Positions 1-17,199 of a stretch of 64,000 nt of DNA are shown here, piece after piece. The notes beneath the pieces were generated by a model that was not told the DNA's origin, made no database searches, and was given only the letters and a program-made list of their open reading frames with translations. This stretch comes from Eledone cirrhosa. Taxonomy: Eukaryota. A program made the position numbers and the translations under genes. The stretch is from contig OZ024743.1 in the NCBI GenBank assembly GCA_964016885.1, positions 149,048,001 to 149,112,000 on the forward strand, read 5' to 3'. Position 1 is the first letter of the stretch, and every line of letters begins with the position of its first letter.

Positions 1-1299
1 TAACATCACCTCAACTACCACCACCACCAGTAAAATCACCTCAACTACCACCACCACCAGTAACACCACGTCAACCACCACCACCACCAGTAACAACATC
101 ACCTCAACTACCATCACCACCAGTAACATCACCTCAACTACCACCACCACCACCAGTAACATCACCTCAACTACCACCACCACCAGTAACATCACCTCAA
201 CTACCACAACCACCAGTAACATCACCTCAACCACCACCACCACTAGTAACATCACCTCAACTACCACCACCACCAGTAACAACATCACCTCAACTACCAC
301 CACCACCAGTAACATCACTTTAACTACCACCACCACCAGTAACAACATCACCTCAACTACCACCACCACCAATAACATCACCTCAACTACCACCACCACC
401 AGTACCGTCACCTCAACTACCACCACCACCAGTAACATCACCTCAACTACCACCACCACCAGTAACAACACCTCGACTACCACCACCACCAGAAACAACA
501 CCTCAACTACCACCACCACCAGTAACATCACCTCAACTACCACCACCACCAGTAACATCATCTCAACTACCACCACCACCACCACCAGTAACATCACCTC
601 AACCACCACCATCACCAGTAACAACATCACCTCAACCACCACCACCACCAGTAACATCACCTCACCACCACCACCACCAGTAACATCACCTCAACTACCA
701 CCACCACCAGTAACATCACCTCAACTACCACCACCACCAGTAACAACATCACCTCAACTACCACCACCACCAGTAACATCACCTCAACTACCACCACCAC
801 CACCACCAGTAACATCACCTCAACTACCACCACCACCAGTAACAACATCACCTCAACTACCACCACCACCAGTAACATCACCTCAACTACCACCACCACC
901 AGTAACATCACCTCAACTACCACCACCACCAGTAACATCACCTCAACTACCACCACCACCAGTAACATCACCTCAACTACCACCACCACACCACCAGTAA
1001 CATCACCTGAACTACCACCACCACCAGTAACATCACCTCAACTACCACCACCACCAGTAACATCACCTCAACTACCACCACCACCAGTAACATCACCTCA
1101 ACCACCACAACCACCAGTAACATCACCTCAACTACCATCACCACCAGTAACATCACCTCAACTACCACCACCACCAGTAACATCACCTCAACTACCACCA
1201 CCACCAGTAACATCACCTCAACCACCACCACCACCAGTAACATCACCTCAACTACCACCACCACCAGTAACATCACCTCAACTACCACCACCACCAGTA

Positions 1300-4200
1300 A
1301 CATCACCTCAACCACCACCACCACCAGTAACATCACCTCAACTACCACCACCACCAGTAACATCACCTCAACCACCACCACCACCAGTAACAACATCACC
1401 TCAACTACCACCACCACCAGTAACACCACCTCAACTACCACCACCACCAGCAACACCACCTCAACTACCACCACCACCACCAGTAACATCACCTCAACTA
1501 CCACCACCACCAGTACCATCACCTCAACTACCACCACCACCAGTAACATCACCTCAACTACCACCACCACCAATATCATCACCTCAACCACCACCTCTAC
1601 CGGTAAAATCAATACCTCAAATACTACCACCACCAGTAACATCACCTCAACTACCACCACCACCAATATCATCACCTCAACCACAACCTCTACCGGTAAA
1701 ATCAATACCTCAAATACCACCACCACCAGTAACATCACCTCAACTACCACCACCACCAGTAACATCACCTCAACTACCACCACCACCAGTAACATCACCT
1801 CAACCACCACCACCACCAGTAACATCACCTCAACTACCACCACCACCAGTAACAACATCACCTCAACTACCACCACCACCAGTAACAACATCATCTCAAC
1901 TACCACCACCACCACCACCAGTAACATCACCTCAACCACCACCACCACCAGTAACATCACCTCAACTAACACCACCACCAGTAACATCACCTCAACCACC
2001 ACCACCACCAGTAACATCACCTCAACTACCACCACCACCAGTAACATCACCTCAACTACCACCACCACCAGTAACATCACCTCATGTACCACCACCACCA
2101 GTAACATCACCTCAACTACCACCACCACAAGTAACAACACCTCAACTACCACCACCACCAGTAACATCACCTCAACTACCACCACCACCTGTAACATCAC
2201 CTCAACTACCACCACCACAAGTAACATCACCTCAACTACCACCACCACAAGTAACAACACCACAACTACCACCACCACCAGTAACATCACCTCAACTACC
2301 ATCACCACCAGTAACATCACCTCAACTACCACCACCACCAGTAACATCACCTCAACTACCACCACCACCAGTAACATCACCTCAACCACCACCACCACCA
2401 GTAACAGCACCTCAACTACCACCATCACCAGTAACATCACCTCAACTACCACCACCACCAGTAACATCACCTCAGCTACCACCACCACCAGTAACATCAA
2501 CTCAACTACCACCACCACCAGTAACATCACCTCAACTACCACCACAACCACGAGTAACATCACCTCAACTACCACAACCACCAGTAACATCACCTCAACT
2601 ACCACCACCACCAGTAACAGCACCTCAACCACCACCACCACCACTAACAACAGCACCTCAACTACCACCACCACCAGTAACATCACCTCAACTACCACCA
2701 CCACCAGTAACATCACCTCAGCTACCACCACCACCAGTAACATCACCTCAACTACCACCACCACCAGTAACATCACCTCAGCTACCACTACCACCAGTAA
2801 CATCACCTCAACTACCACCACCACCAGTAACATCACCTCAACTACCACCACCACCAGTACCATCACCTCAACTATCACAACCACCAGTAACAACATCACC
2901 TCAACTACCATCACTACCAGTAACATCACCTCAACTACCACCACCACCAGTACCATCACCTCAACTATCACAACCACCAGTAACAACATCACCTCAACTA
3001 CCATCACTACCAGTAACATCACCTCAAATACCACCACCACCAGTACCAATCACCTCAACTACTACCACCACCAGTAACATCACCTCAACTACCACCACCA
3101 CCAGTAACAACACCTCAAATACCACCACCACCAGTAAAATCACCTCAACTACCACCACCACCAGTAACACGACGTCAACCACCACCACCACCAGTAACAA
3201 CATCACCTCAAATACCACCACCACCAATAACATCACCTCAACTACCACCACCACAAGTACCATCACCTCAACTACCACCACCACCAGTAACATCACCTCA
3301 ACTACCACCACCACCAGTAACATCACCTCAACTTCCACAACCACCAGTAACATCACCTCAACCACCACCACCACTAGTAACATCACCTCAACTACCACCA
3401 CCACCAGTAACAACATCACCTCAACTACCACCACCACCAGTAACATCACTTTAACTACCACCACCACCAGTAACAACATCACCTCAACTACCACCACCAC
3501 CAATAACATCACCTCAAATACCACCACCACAAGTACCATCACCTCAACTACCACCACCACCAGTAACATCACCTCAACTACCACCACCACCAGTAACAAC
3601 ACCTCGACTATCACCACCACCAGTAACAACACCTCAACTACCACCACCACCAGTAACATCACCTCAACTACCACCACCACCAGTAACATCATCTCAACTA
3701 CCACCACCACCACCACCAGTAACATCACCTCAACCACCACCATCACCAGTAACAACATCACCTCAACCACCACCACCACCAGTAACATCACCTCACCACC
3801 ACCACCACCAGTAACATCACCTCAACTACCACCACCACCAGTAACATCACCTCAACTACCACCACCACCAGTAACAACATCACCTCAACTACCACCACCA
3901 CCAGTAACATCACCTCAACTACCACAACCACCACCACCAGTAACATCACCTCAACTACCACCACCACCAGTAACAACATCACCTCAACTACCACCACCAC
4001 CAGTAACATCACCTCAACTACCACCACCACCAGTAACATCACCTCAACTACCACCACCACCAGTAACATCACCTCAACTACCACCACCACCAGTAACAAC
4101 ATCACCTCAACTACCACCACCACCAGTAACATCACCTCAACTACCACCACCACCAGTAACATCACCTCAACTACCACCACCACCAGTAACATCACCTCAA

Positions 4201-7200
4201 CCACCACCACCACCAGTAACAACAACACCTCAACTACCACCACCACCAGTAACACCACCTCAACTACCACCACCACCAGCAACACCACCTCAACTACCAC
4301 CACCACCACCAGTAACATCACCTCAACTACCACCACCACCAGTACCCTCACCTCAACTACCACCACCACCAGTAACATCACCTCAACCACCAACACCACC
4401 AGTAACATCACCTAAACTACCACCACCACCAGTAACATCACCTCAACTACCACCACCACCAGTAACATCACCTCAACCACCACCACCACCAGTAACATCA
4501 CCTAAACTACCACCACCACCAGTAACAACATCACCTCAACTACCACCACCACCAGTAACAACATCATCTCAACTACCACCACCACCACCACCAGTAACAT
4601 CACCTCAACCACCACCACCACCAGTAACATCACCTCAACTACCACCACCACCAGTAACAACATCACCTCAACTACCACCACCACCAGTAACATCACCTCA
4701 ACTACCACCACCACCAGTAACCTCACCTCAACTACCACCACCACCAATAACAACATCACCTCAACTACCACCACCACTAGTAACATCACCTCAACCACCA
4801 CAACCACCAGTAACATCACCTCAACTACCACCACCACCAGTAACATCACCTCAACCACCACAACCACCAGTAACATCACCTCAACTAACACCACCACCAG
4901 TAACATCACCTCAACTACCACCACCACCAGTAACATCACCTCAACTACCATCACCACCAGTAACATCACCTCAACTACCACCACCACCAGTAACATCACC
5001 TCAACTACCACCACCACCAGTAACATCACCTCAACTACCACCACCACCAGTAACATCACCTCAACCACCACCACCACCAGTAACAACATCACCTCAACTA
5101 CCACCACCACCAGTAACACCAGCTCAACTACCACCACCACCAGCAACACCACCTCAACTACCACCACCACCACCAGTAACATCACCTCAACTACCACCAC
5201 CACCAGTACCATCACCTCAACTACCACCACCACCAGTAACATCACCTCAACTACCACCACCACCAGTAACATCACCTCAACCACCACCACCACCAGTAAC
5301 AACATCACCTCAACTACCACCACCACCAGTAACACCACCTCAACTACCACCACCACCAGCAACACCACCTCAACTACCACCACCACCACCAGTAACATCA
5401 CCTCAACTACCACCACCACCAGTACCATCACCTCAACTACCACCACCACCAGTAACATCACCTCAACTACCACCACCACCAATATCATCACCTCAACCAC
5501 CACCTCTACCGGTAAAATCAATACCTCAAATACTACCACCACCAGTAACATCACCTCAACTACCACCACCACCAATATCATCACCTCAACCACAACCTCT
5601 ACCGGTAAAATCAATACCTCAAATACCACCACCACCAGTAACATCACCTCAACTACCACCACCACCAGTAACATCACCTCAACTACCACCACCACCAGTA
5701 ACATCACCTCAACCACCACCACCACCAGTAACATCACCTCAACTACCACCACCACCAGTAACAACATCACCTCAACTACCACCACCACCAGTAACAACAT
5801 CATCTCAACTACCACCACCACCACCACCAGTAACATCACCTCAACCACCACCACCACCAGTAACATCACCTCAACTAACACCACCACCAGTAACATCACC
5901 TCAACCACCACCACCACCAGTAACATCACCTCAACTACCACCACCACCAGTAACATCACCTCAACTACCACCACCACCAGTAACATCACCTCATGTACCA
6001 CCACCACCAGTAACATCACCTCAACTACCACCACCACAAGTAACAACACCTCAACTACCACCACCACCAGTAACATCACCTCAACTACCACCACCACCTG
6101 TAACATCACCTCAACTACCACCACCACAAGTAACATCACCTCAACTACCACCACCACAAGTAACAACACCACAACTACCACCACCACCAGTAACATCACC
6201 TCAACTACCATCACCACCAGTAACATCACCTCAACTACCACCACCACCAGTAACATCACCTCAACTACCACCACCACCAGTAACATCACCTCAACCACCA
6301 CCACCACCAGTAACAGCACCTCAACTACCACCATCACCAGTAACATCACCTCAACTACCACCACCACCAGTAACATCACCTCAGCTACCACCACCACCAG
6401 TAACATCAACTCAACTACCACCACCACCAGTAACATCACCTCAACTACCACCACAACCACGAGTAACATCACCTCAACTACCACAACCACCAGTAACATC
6501 ACCTCAACTACCACCACCACCAGTAACAGCACCTCAACCACCACCACCACCACTAACAACAGCACCTCAACTACCACCACCACCAGTAACATCACCTCAA
6601 CTACCACCACCACCAGTAACATCACCTCAGCTACCACCACCACCAGTAACATCACCTCAACTACCACCACCACCAGTAACATCACCTCAGCTACCACTAC
6701 CACCAGTAACATCACCTCAACTACCACCACCACCAGTAACATCACCTCAACTACCACCACCACCAGTACCATCACCTCAACTATCACAACCACCAGTAAC
6801 AACATCACCTCAACTACCATCACTACCAGTAACATCACCTCAACTACCACCACCACCAGTACCATCACCTCAACTATCACAACCACCAGTAACAACATCA
6901 CCTCAACTACCATCACTACCAGTAACATCACCTCAAATACCACCACCACCAGTACCAATCACCTCAACTACTACCACCACCAGTAACATCACCTCAACTA
7001 CCACCACCACCAGTAACAACACCTCAAATACCACCACCACCAGTAAAATCACCTCAACTACCACCACCACCAGTAACACGACGTCAACCACCACCACCAC
7101 CAGTAACAACATCACCTCAAATACCACCACCACCAATAACATCACCTCAACTACCACCACCACAAGTACCATCACCTCAACTACCACCACCACCAGTAAC

Positions 7201-9145
7201 ATCACCTCAACTACCACCACCACCAGTAACATCACCTCAACTTCCACAACCACCAGTAACATCACCTCAACCACCACCACCACTAGTAACATCACCTCAA
7301 CTACCACCACCACCAGTAACAACATCACCTCAACTACCACCACCACCAGTAACATCACTTTAACTACCACCACCACCAGTAACAACATCACCTCAACTAC
7401 CACCACCACCAATAACATCACCTCAAATACCACCACCACAAGTACCATCACCTCAACTACCACCACCACCAGTAACATCACCTCAACTACCACCACCACC
7501 AGTAACAACACCTCGACTATCACCACCACCAGTAACAACACCTCAACTACCACCACCACCAGTAACATCACCTCAACTACCACCACCACCAGTAACATCA
7601 TCTCAACTACCACCACCACCACCACCAGTAACATCACCTCAACCACCACCATCACCAGTAACAACATCACCTCAACCACCACCACCACCAGTAACATCAC
7701 CTCACCACCACCACCACCAGTAACATCACCTCAACTACCACCACCACCAGTAACATCACCTCAACTACCACCACCACCAGTAACAACATCACCTCAACTA
7801 CCACCACCACCAGTAACATCACCTCAACTACCACAACCACCACCACCAGTAACATCACCTCAACTACCACCACCACCAGTAACAACATCACCTCAACTAC
7901 CACCACCACCAGTAACATCACCTCAACTACCACCACCACCAGTAACATCACCTCAACTACCACCACCACCAGTAACATCACCTCAACTACCACCACCACC
8001 AGTAACAACATCACCTCAACTACCACCACCACCAGTAACATCACCTCAACTACCACCACCACCAGTAACATCACCTCAACTACCACCACCACCAGTAACA
8101 TCACCTCAACCACCACCACCACCAGTAACAACAACACCTCAACTACCACCACCACCAGTAACACCACCTCAACTACCACCACCACCAGCAACACCACCTC
8201 AACTACCACCACCACCACCAGTAACATCACCTCAACTACCACCACCACCAGTACCCTCACCTCAACTACCACCACCACCAGTAACATCACCTCAACCACC
8301 AACACCACCAGTAACATCACCTAAACTACCACCACCACCAGTAACATCACCTCAACTACCACCACCACCAGTAACATCACCTCAACCACCACCACCACCA
8401 GTAACATCACCTAAACTACCACCACCACCAGTAACAACATCACCTCAACTACCACCACCACCAGTAACAACATCATCTCAACTACCACCACCACCACCAC
8501 CAGTAACATCACCTCAACCACCACCACCACCAGTAACATCACCTCAACTACCACCACCACCAGTAACAACATCACCTCAACTACCACCACCACCAGTAAC
8601 ATCACCTCAACTACCACCACCACCAGTAACCTCACCTCAACTACCACCACCACCAATAACAACATCACCTCAACTACCACCACCACTAGTAACATCACCT
8701 CAACCACCACAACCACCAGTAACATCACCTCAACTACCACCACCACCAGTAACATCACCTCAACCACCACAACCACCAGTAACATCACCTCAACTAACAC
8801 CACCACCAGTAACATCACCTCAACTACCACCACCACCAGTAACATCACCTCAACTACCATCACCACCAGTAACATCACCTCAACTACCACCACCACCAGT
8901 AACATCACCTCAACTACCACCACCACCAGTAACATCACCTCAACTACCACCACCACCAGTAACATCACCTCAACCACCACCACCACCAGTAACAACATCA
9001 CCTCAACTACCACCACCACCAGTAACACCAGCTCAACTACCACCACCACCAGCAACACCACCTCAACTACCACCACCACCACCAGTAACATCACCTCAAC
9101 TACCACCACCACCAGTACCATCACCTCAACTACCACCACCACCAG
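1300..9145 (+). repeat. Higher-order tandem duplication, period 3909 bp (~1300-5235 and ~5210-9145)
   Basis: Rare markers recur at +3909: TCTACCGGTAAAATCAAT 1596/5505 and 1689/5598, TAA variants 4413/8322 and 4503/8412, AGCTCA 5121/9030. ORF-track pairs 3024..3791/6933..7700 and 3788..4411/7697..8320 have matching translations. Confidence 0.95.
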
Positions 9146-12100
9146 TACCATCACCTCAACTATCACAACCACCAGTAACAACATCACCTCAACTACCATC
9201 ACTACCAGTAACATCACCGCAACTACCACCACCACCAGTAACAACATCACCTCAACTACCACCACCACCAATAACATCACCTCAACTACCACCACCACCA
9301 GTACCATCACCTCAACTACCACCACCACCAGTAACATCACCTCAACTACCACCACCACCAGTAACAACACCTCAACTACCACCAACACCACCACCAGTAA
9401 CATCACCTCAACCACCACCATCACCAGTAACAACATCACCTCAACTACCACCACCACCAGTAACATCACCTCACCACCACCACCACCAGTAACATCACCT
9501 CAACTACCACCACCACCAGTAACATCACCTCAACTACCACCACCACCAGTAACAACATCACCTCAACTACCACCACCACCAGTAACATCACCTCAACTAC
9601 CACCACCACCACCACCAGTAACATCACCTCAACTACCACCACCACCAGTAACAACATCACCTCAACTACCACCACCACCAGTAACATCACCTCAACTACC
9701 ACCACCACCAGTAACATCACCTCAACTACCACCACCACCAGTAACATCACTTCAACTACCACCACCACCAGTAACAACATCACCTCAACTACCACCACCA
9801 CCAGTAACATCACCTCAACTACCACCACCACACCACCAGTAACATCACCTCAACTACCACCACCACCAGTAACATCACCTCAACTACCACCACCACCAGT
9901 AACATCACCTCAACTACCACCACCACCAGTAACATCACCTCAACTACCACCACCACCAGTAACATCACCTCAACTACCACCACCACTAGTAACATCACCT
10001 CAACTACCACCACCACCAGTAACATCACCTCAACTACCACCACCACCAGTAACATAACCTCAACCACCACAACCACCAGTAACATCACCTCAACTACCAC
10101 CACCACCAGTAACATCACCTCCACTACCACCACCACCAGTAACAACATCACCTCAACTACCACCACCACCAGTAACATCACCTCAACTACCACCACCACC
10201 AGTAAGCTCACCTCAACTACCACCACCACCAATAACAACATCACCTCAAATACCACCACCACTAGTAACATCACCTCAACCACCACAACCACCAGTAACA
10301 TCACCTCAACTACCACCACCACCAGTAACATCACCTCAACTACCACCACCACCAGTAACATCACCTCAACTACCACCACCACCAGTAACATCACCTCAAC
10401 CACCACAACCACCAGTAACATCACCTCAACTACCACCACCACCAGTAACATCACCTCAACCACCACAACCACCAGTAACATCACCTCAACTACCATCACC
10501 ACCAGTAACATCACCTCAACTACCACCACCACCAGTAACATCACCTCAACTACCACCACCACCAGTAACATCACCTCAACCACCACCACCACCACCAGTA
10601 ACATCACCTCAACTACCACCACCACCAGTAACAACATCACCTCAACTACCACCACCACCAGTAACAACATCATCTCAACTACCACCACCACCACCACCAG
10701 TAACATCACCTCAACCACCACCACCACCAGTAACAACATCACCTCAACCACCACCACCACCAGTAACATCACCTCAACTAACACCACCACCACCACCAGT
10801 AACATCACCTCAACCACCACCATCACCAGTAACAACATCACCTCAACCACCACCACCACCAGTAACATCACCTCACCACCACCACCACCAGTAACATCAC
10901 CTCAACTACCACCACCACCACTAACATCACCTCAACTACCACCACCACCAGTAACAACATCACCTCAACTACCACCACCACCAGTAACATCACCTCAACT
11001 ACCACCACCACCACCACCAGTAACATCACCTCAACTACCACCACCACCAGTAACAACATCACCTCAACTACCATCACCACCAGTAACATCACCTCAACTA
11101 CCACCACCACCACCAGTAACATCACCTCAACTACCACCACCACCAGTAACATCACCTCAACTACCACAATCACCAGTAACATCACCTCAACCACCACCAC
11201 CACTAGTAACATCACCTCAACTACCACCACCACCAGTAACAACATCACCTCAACTACCACCACCACCAGTAACATCACTTTAACTACCACCACCACCAGT
11301 AACAACATCACCTCAACTACCACCACCACCAATAACATCACCTCAACTACCACCACCACCAGTACCATCACCTCAACTACCACCACCACCAGTAACATCA
11401 CCTCAACTACCACCACCACCAGTAACAACACCTCGACTACCACCACCACCAGAAACAACACCTCAACTACCACCACCACCAGTAACATCACCTCAACTAC
11501 CACCACCACCAGTAACATCATCTCAACTACCACCACCACCACCACCAGTAACATCACCTCAACCACCACCATCACCAGTAACAACATCACCTCAACCACC
11601 ACCACCACCAGTAACATCACCTCACCACCACCACCACCAGTAACATCACCTCAACTACCACCACCACCAGTAACATCACCTCAACTACCACCACCACCAG
11701 TAACAACATCACCTCAACTACCACCACCACCAGTAACATCACCTCAACTACCACCACCACCACCACCAGTAACATCACCTCAACTACCACCACCACCAGT
11801 AACAACATCACCTCAACTACCACCACCACCAGTAACATCACCTCAACTACCACCACCACCAGTAACATCACCTCAACTACCACCACCACCAGTAACATCA
11901 CCTCAACTACCACCACCACCAGTAACATCCCTCAACTACCACCAGCACCAGTAACATCACCTCAACTACCGCCACCACACCACCAGTAACATCACCTGAA
12001 CTACCACCACCACCAGTAACATCACCTCAACTACCACCACCACCAGTAACATCACCTCAACTACCACCACCACCAGTAACATCACCTCAACTACCACCAC

Positions 12101-14987
12101 CACCAGTAACATCACCTCAACCACCACAACCGCCAGTAACATCACCTCAACTACCACCACCACCAGTAACATCACCTCAACTACCACCACCACCAGTAAC
12201 AACATCACCTCAACTACCATCACCACCAGTAACATCACCTCAACTACCACCACCACCAGTAACCTCACCTCAACTACCACCACCACCAATAACAACATCA
12301 CCTCAACTACCACCACCACTAGTAACATCACCTCAACCACCACAACCACCAGTAACATCACCTCAACTACCACCACCACCAGTAACATCACCTCAACTAC
12401 CACCACCACCAGTAACATCACCTCAACTACCACCACCGCCAGTAACATCACCTCAACTACCACCACCACCAGTAACATCACCTCAACTACCACCACCGCC
12501 AGTAACATCACCTCAACTACCACCACCACCAGTAACATCACCTCAACTACCACCACCACCAGTAACATCACCTCAACTACCACCACCGCCAGTAACATCA
12601 CCTCATCTACCACCACCACCAGTAACATCACCTCAACTACCACCACCACCAGTAATATCACCTCAACTACCACCACCAGTAACATCACCTCAACCACCAC
12701 CACCACCAGTAACAACATCACCTCAACTACCACCACCACCGGTAACATCACCCCAACTACCACCACCGCCAGTAACATCACCTCAACTACCACCACCACC
12801 AGTAACATCACCTCAACTCCCACCATCACCAGTAACATCACCTCAACTACCACCACCACCAGTAACATCACCTCAACTACCACCACCACCAGTAACAACA
12901 CCTCAACTACCACCACCACCAGTAACATCACCTCAACTACCACCACCACCAGTAACATCACCTCAACTCCCACCATCACCCGTAACATCACCTCAACTAC
13001 CACCACCAACAGTAACATCACCTCAACTACCACCACCACTGGTAACATCACCTCAACTACCACCACCACCAGTAACATCACCTCAACCACCACAACCACC
13101 AGTAACATCACCTCAACTACCACCACCACCAGTAACATCACCTCAACTACCACCACCACCAGTAACATCACCTCAACTACCACCACCATCAGTAACATCA
13201 CCTCAACTACCACCACCACCAGTAACATCACCTCAACCACCACAACCACCAGTAACATCACCTCAACTACCATCACCACCAGTAACATCACCTCAACTAC
13301 CACCACCACCAGTAACATCACCTCAACTACCACCACCACCAGTAACATCACCTCAACCACCACCACCACCAGTAACATCACCTCAACTACCACCACCACC
13401 AGTAACATCACCTCAACCACCACCACCACCAGTAACAACATCACCTCAACTACCACCACCACCAGTAACACCACCTCAACTACCACCACCACCAGTAACA
13501 TCACCTCAACTACCACCACCACCAGTACCATCACCTCAACTACCACCACCACCAATATCATCACCTCAACCACCACCTCTACCGGTAAAATCAATACCTC
13601 AAATACTACCACCACCAGTAACATCACCTCAACTACCACCACCACCAATATCATCACCTCAACCACAACCTCTACCGGTAAAATCAATACCTCAAATACC
13701 ACCACCACCAGTAACATCACCTCAACTACCACCACCACCAGTAACATCACCTCAACTACCACCACCACCAGTAACATCACCTCAACCACCACCACCACCA
13801 GTAACATCACCTCAACTACCACCACCACCAGTAACAACATCACCTCAACTACCACCACCACCAGTAACAACATCATCTCAACTACCACCACCACCACCAC
13901 CAGTAACATCACCTCAACCACCACCACCACCAGTAACATCACCTCAACTAACACCACCACCAGTAACATCACCTCAACCACCACCACCACCAGTAACATC
14001 ACCTCAACTACCACCACCACCAGTAACATCACCTCAACTACCACCACCACCAGTAACATCACCTCAAGTACCACCACCACCAGTAACATCACCTCAACTA
14101 CCACCACCACAAGTAACAACACCTCAACTACCACCACCACCAGTAACATCACCTCAACTACCACCACCACCTGTAACATCACCTCAACTACCACCACCAC
14201 AAGTAACATCACCTCAACTACCACCACCACAAGTAACAACACCACAACTACCACCACCACCAGTAACATCACCTCAACTACCATCACCACCAGTAACATC
14301 ACCTCAACTACCACCACCACCAGTAACATCACCTCAACTACCACCACCACCAGTAACATCACCTCAACCACCACCACCACCAGTAACAGCACCTCAACTA
14401 CCACCACCACCAGTAACATCACCTCAACTACCACCACCACCAGTAACATCACCTCAGCTACCACCACCACCAGTAACATCAACTCAACTACCACCACCAC
14501 CAGTAACATCACCTCAACTACCACCACAACCACGAGTAACATCACCTCAACTACCACAACCACCAGTAACATCACCTCAACTACCACCACCACCAGTAAC
14601 GACACCTCAACTACCACCACCACCAGTAACATCACCTCAACTACCACCACCACCAGTAACATCACCTCAACTACCACCACCACCAGTAACATCACCTCAA
14701 CTACCACCACCACCAGTAACATCACCTCAACTACCACCACCACCAGTAACAGCACCTCAACCACCACCACCACCACTAACAACATCACCTCAACTACCAC
14801 CACCACCAGTAACATCACCTCAACTACCACCACCACCAGTAACATCACCTCAGCTACCACCACCACCAGTAACATCACCTCAACTACCACCACCACCAGT
14901 AACATCACCTCAGCTACCACTACCACCAGTAACATCACCTCAACTACCACCACCACCAGTAACATCACCTCAACTACCACCACCACC

Positions 14988-15340
14988 AGTACCATCACCT
15001 CAACTATCACAACCACCAGTAACAACATCACCTCAACTACCATCACTACCAGTAACATCACCTCAACTACCACCACCACCAGTACCATCACCTCAACTAT
15101 CACAACCACCAGTAACAACATCACCTCAACTACCATCACTACCAGTAACATCACCTCAACTACCACCACCACCAGTACCATCACCTCAACTATCACAACC
15201 ACCAGTAACAACATCACCTCAACTACCATCACTACCAGTAACATCACCTCAACTACCACCACCACCAGTACCATCACCTCAACTATCACAACCACCAGTA
15301 ACAACATCACCTCAACTACCATCACTACCAGTAACATCAC
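14988..15340 (+). repeat. Nested 3-monomer (93-bp) higher-order repeat, ~4 copies
   Basis: AGTACCATC...ACTATCACAACC...ACCATCACTACC trimer starts at 14988, 15081, 15174 and 15267. Confidence 0.92.
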
Positions 15341-17199
15341 CGCAACTACCACCACCACCAGTAACAACATCACCTCAACTACCACCACCACCAATAACAT
15401 CACCTCAACTACCACCACCACCAGTACCATCACCTCAACTACCACCACCACCAGTAACATCACCTCAACTACCACCACCACCAGTAACAACACCTCAACT
15501 ACCACCACCACCAGTAAAATCACCTCAACTACCACCACCACCAGTAACATCACGTCAACCACCACCACCACCAGTAACATCACCTCAACTACCACCACCA
15601 CCAGTAACAACACCTCAACTACCACCACCACCAGTAACAACATCACCTCAACTACCATCACCACCACCAGTAACATCACCTCAACTACCACCACCACTAG
15701 TAACATCACCTCAACTACCACCACCACCAGTAACAACATCACCTCAACTACCACCACCAGTAACATCACCTCAACTTCCACCACCACCAGTAACATCACC
15801 TCAACTACCACCACCACCATTAACATCACCTCAACTAAAACCACCACCAGTAACATCACCTCAACTACCAACATCACCAGTAACATCACCTCAAATACCA
15901 CCACCACCAGTAACATCACCTCAACTACCACCACCACCAGTAACAACATCACCTCAACTACCACCACCACCAATAACATCACCTCAAATACCACCACCAC
16001 CAGTACCAATCAACTCAACTACTACCACCACCAGTAACATCACCTCAACTACCACCACCACCAGTAACAACACCTCAAATACCACCACCACCAGTAAAAT
16101 CACCTCAACTACCACCACCACCAGTAACACCACGTCAACCACCACCACCACCAGTAACAACATCACCTCAAATACCACCACCACCAATAACATCACCTCA
16201 ACTACCACCACCACAAGTACCATCACCTCAACTACCACCACCACCAGTAACATCACCTCAACTACCACCACCACCAGTAACATCACCTCAACTACCACAA
16301 CCACCAGTAACATCACCTCAACCACCACCACCACTAGTAACATCACCTCAACTACCACCACCACCAGTAACAACATCACCTCAACTACCACCACCACCAG
16401 TAACATCACTTTAACTACCACCACCACCAGTAACAACATCACCTCAACTACCACCACCACCAATAACATCACCTCAACTACCACCACCACAAGTACCATC
16501 ACCTCAACTACCACCACCACCAGTAACATCACCTCAACTACCACCACCACCAGTAACAACACCTCGACTATCACCACCACCAGTAACAACACCTCAACTA
16601 CCACCACCACCAGTAACATCACCTCAACTACCACCACCACCAGTAACATCATCTCAACTACCACCACCACCACCACCAGTAACATCACCTCAACCACCAC
16701 CATCACCAGTAACAACATCACCTCAACCACCACCACCACCAGTAACATCACCTCACCACCACCACCACCAGTAACATCACCTCAACTACCACCACCACCA
16801 GTAACATCACCTCAACTACCACCACCACCAGTAACAACATCACCTCAACTACCACCACCACCAGTAACATCACCTCAACTACCACCACCACCACCACCAG
16901 TAACATCACCTCAACTACCACCACCACCAGTAACAACATCACCTCAACTACCACCACCACCAGTAACATCACCTCAACTACCACCACCACCAGTAACATC
17001 ACCTCAACTACCACCACCACCAGTAACATCACCTCAACTACCACCACCACCAGTAACAACATCACCTCAACTACCACCACCACCAGTAACATCACCTCAA
17101 CTACCACCACCACCAGTAACATCACCTCAACTACCACCACCACCAGTAACATCACCTCAACCACCACCACCACCAGTAACAACATCACCTCAACTACCA

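Noticed and set aside
1444-1451. E. coli Chi site (CCACCAGC = GCTGGTGG on minus) in AGC variants; the consensus is one mismatch away
   Set aside because: This is an expected by-product of (ACC)n followed by AG. Nothing indicates a RecBCD host, and Chi-likeness of minisatellite cores has no demonstrated function here.
1960-1975. Branch-point-like CTAAC variants and the GTAAC donor-like motif suggesting splicing within the array
   Set aside because: The plus strand has no T-rich polypyrimidine tracts, and the motifs are either present in every unit or are simple C>A variants. No exon-intron structure can be supported.
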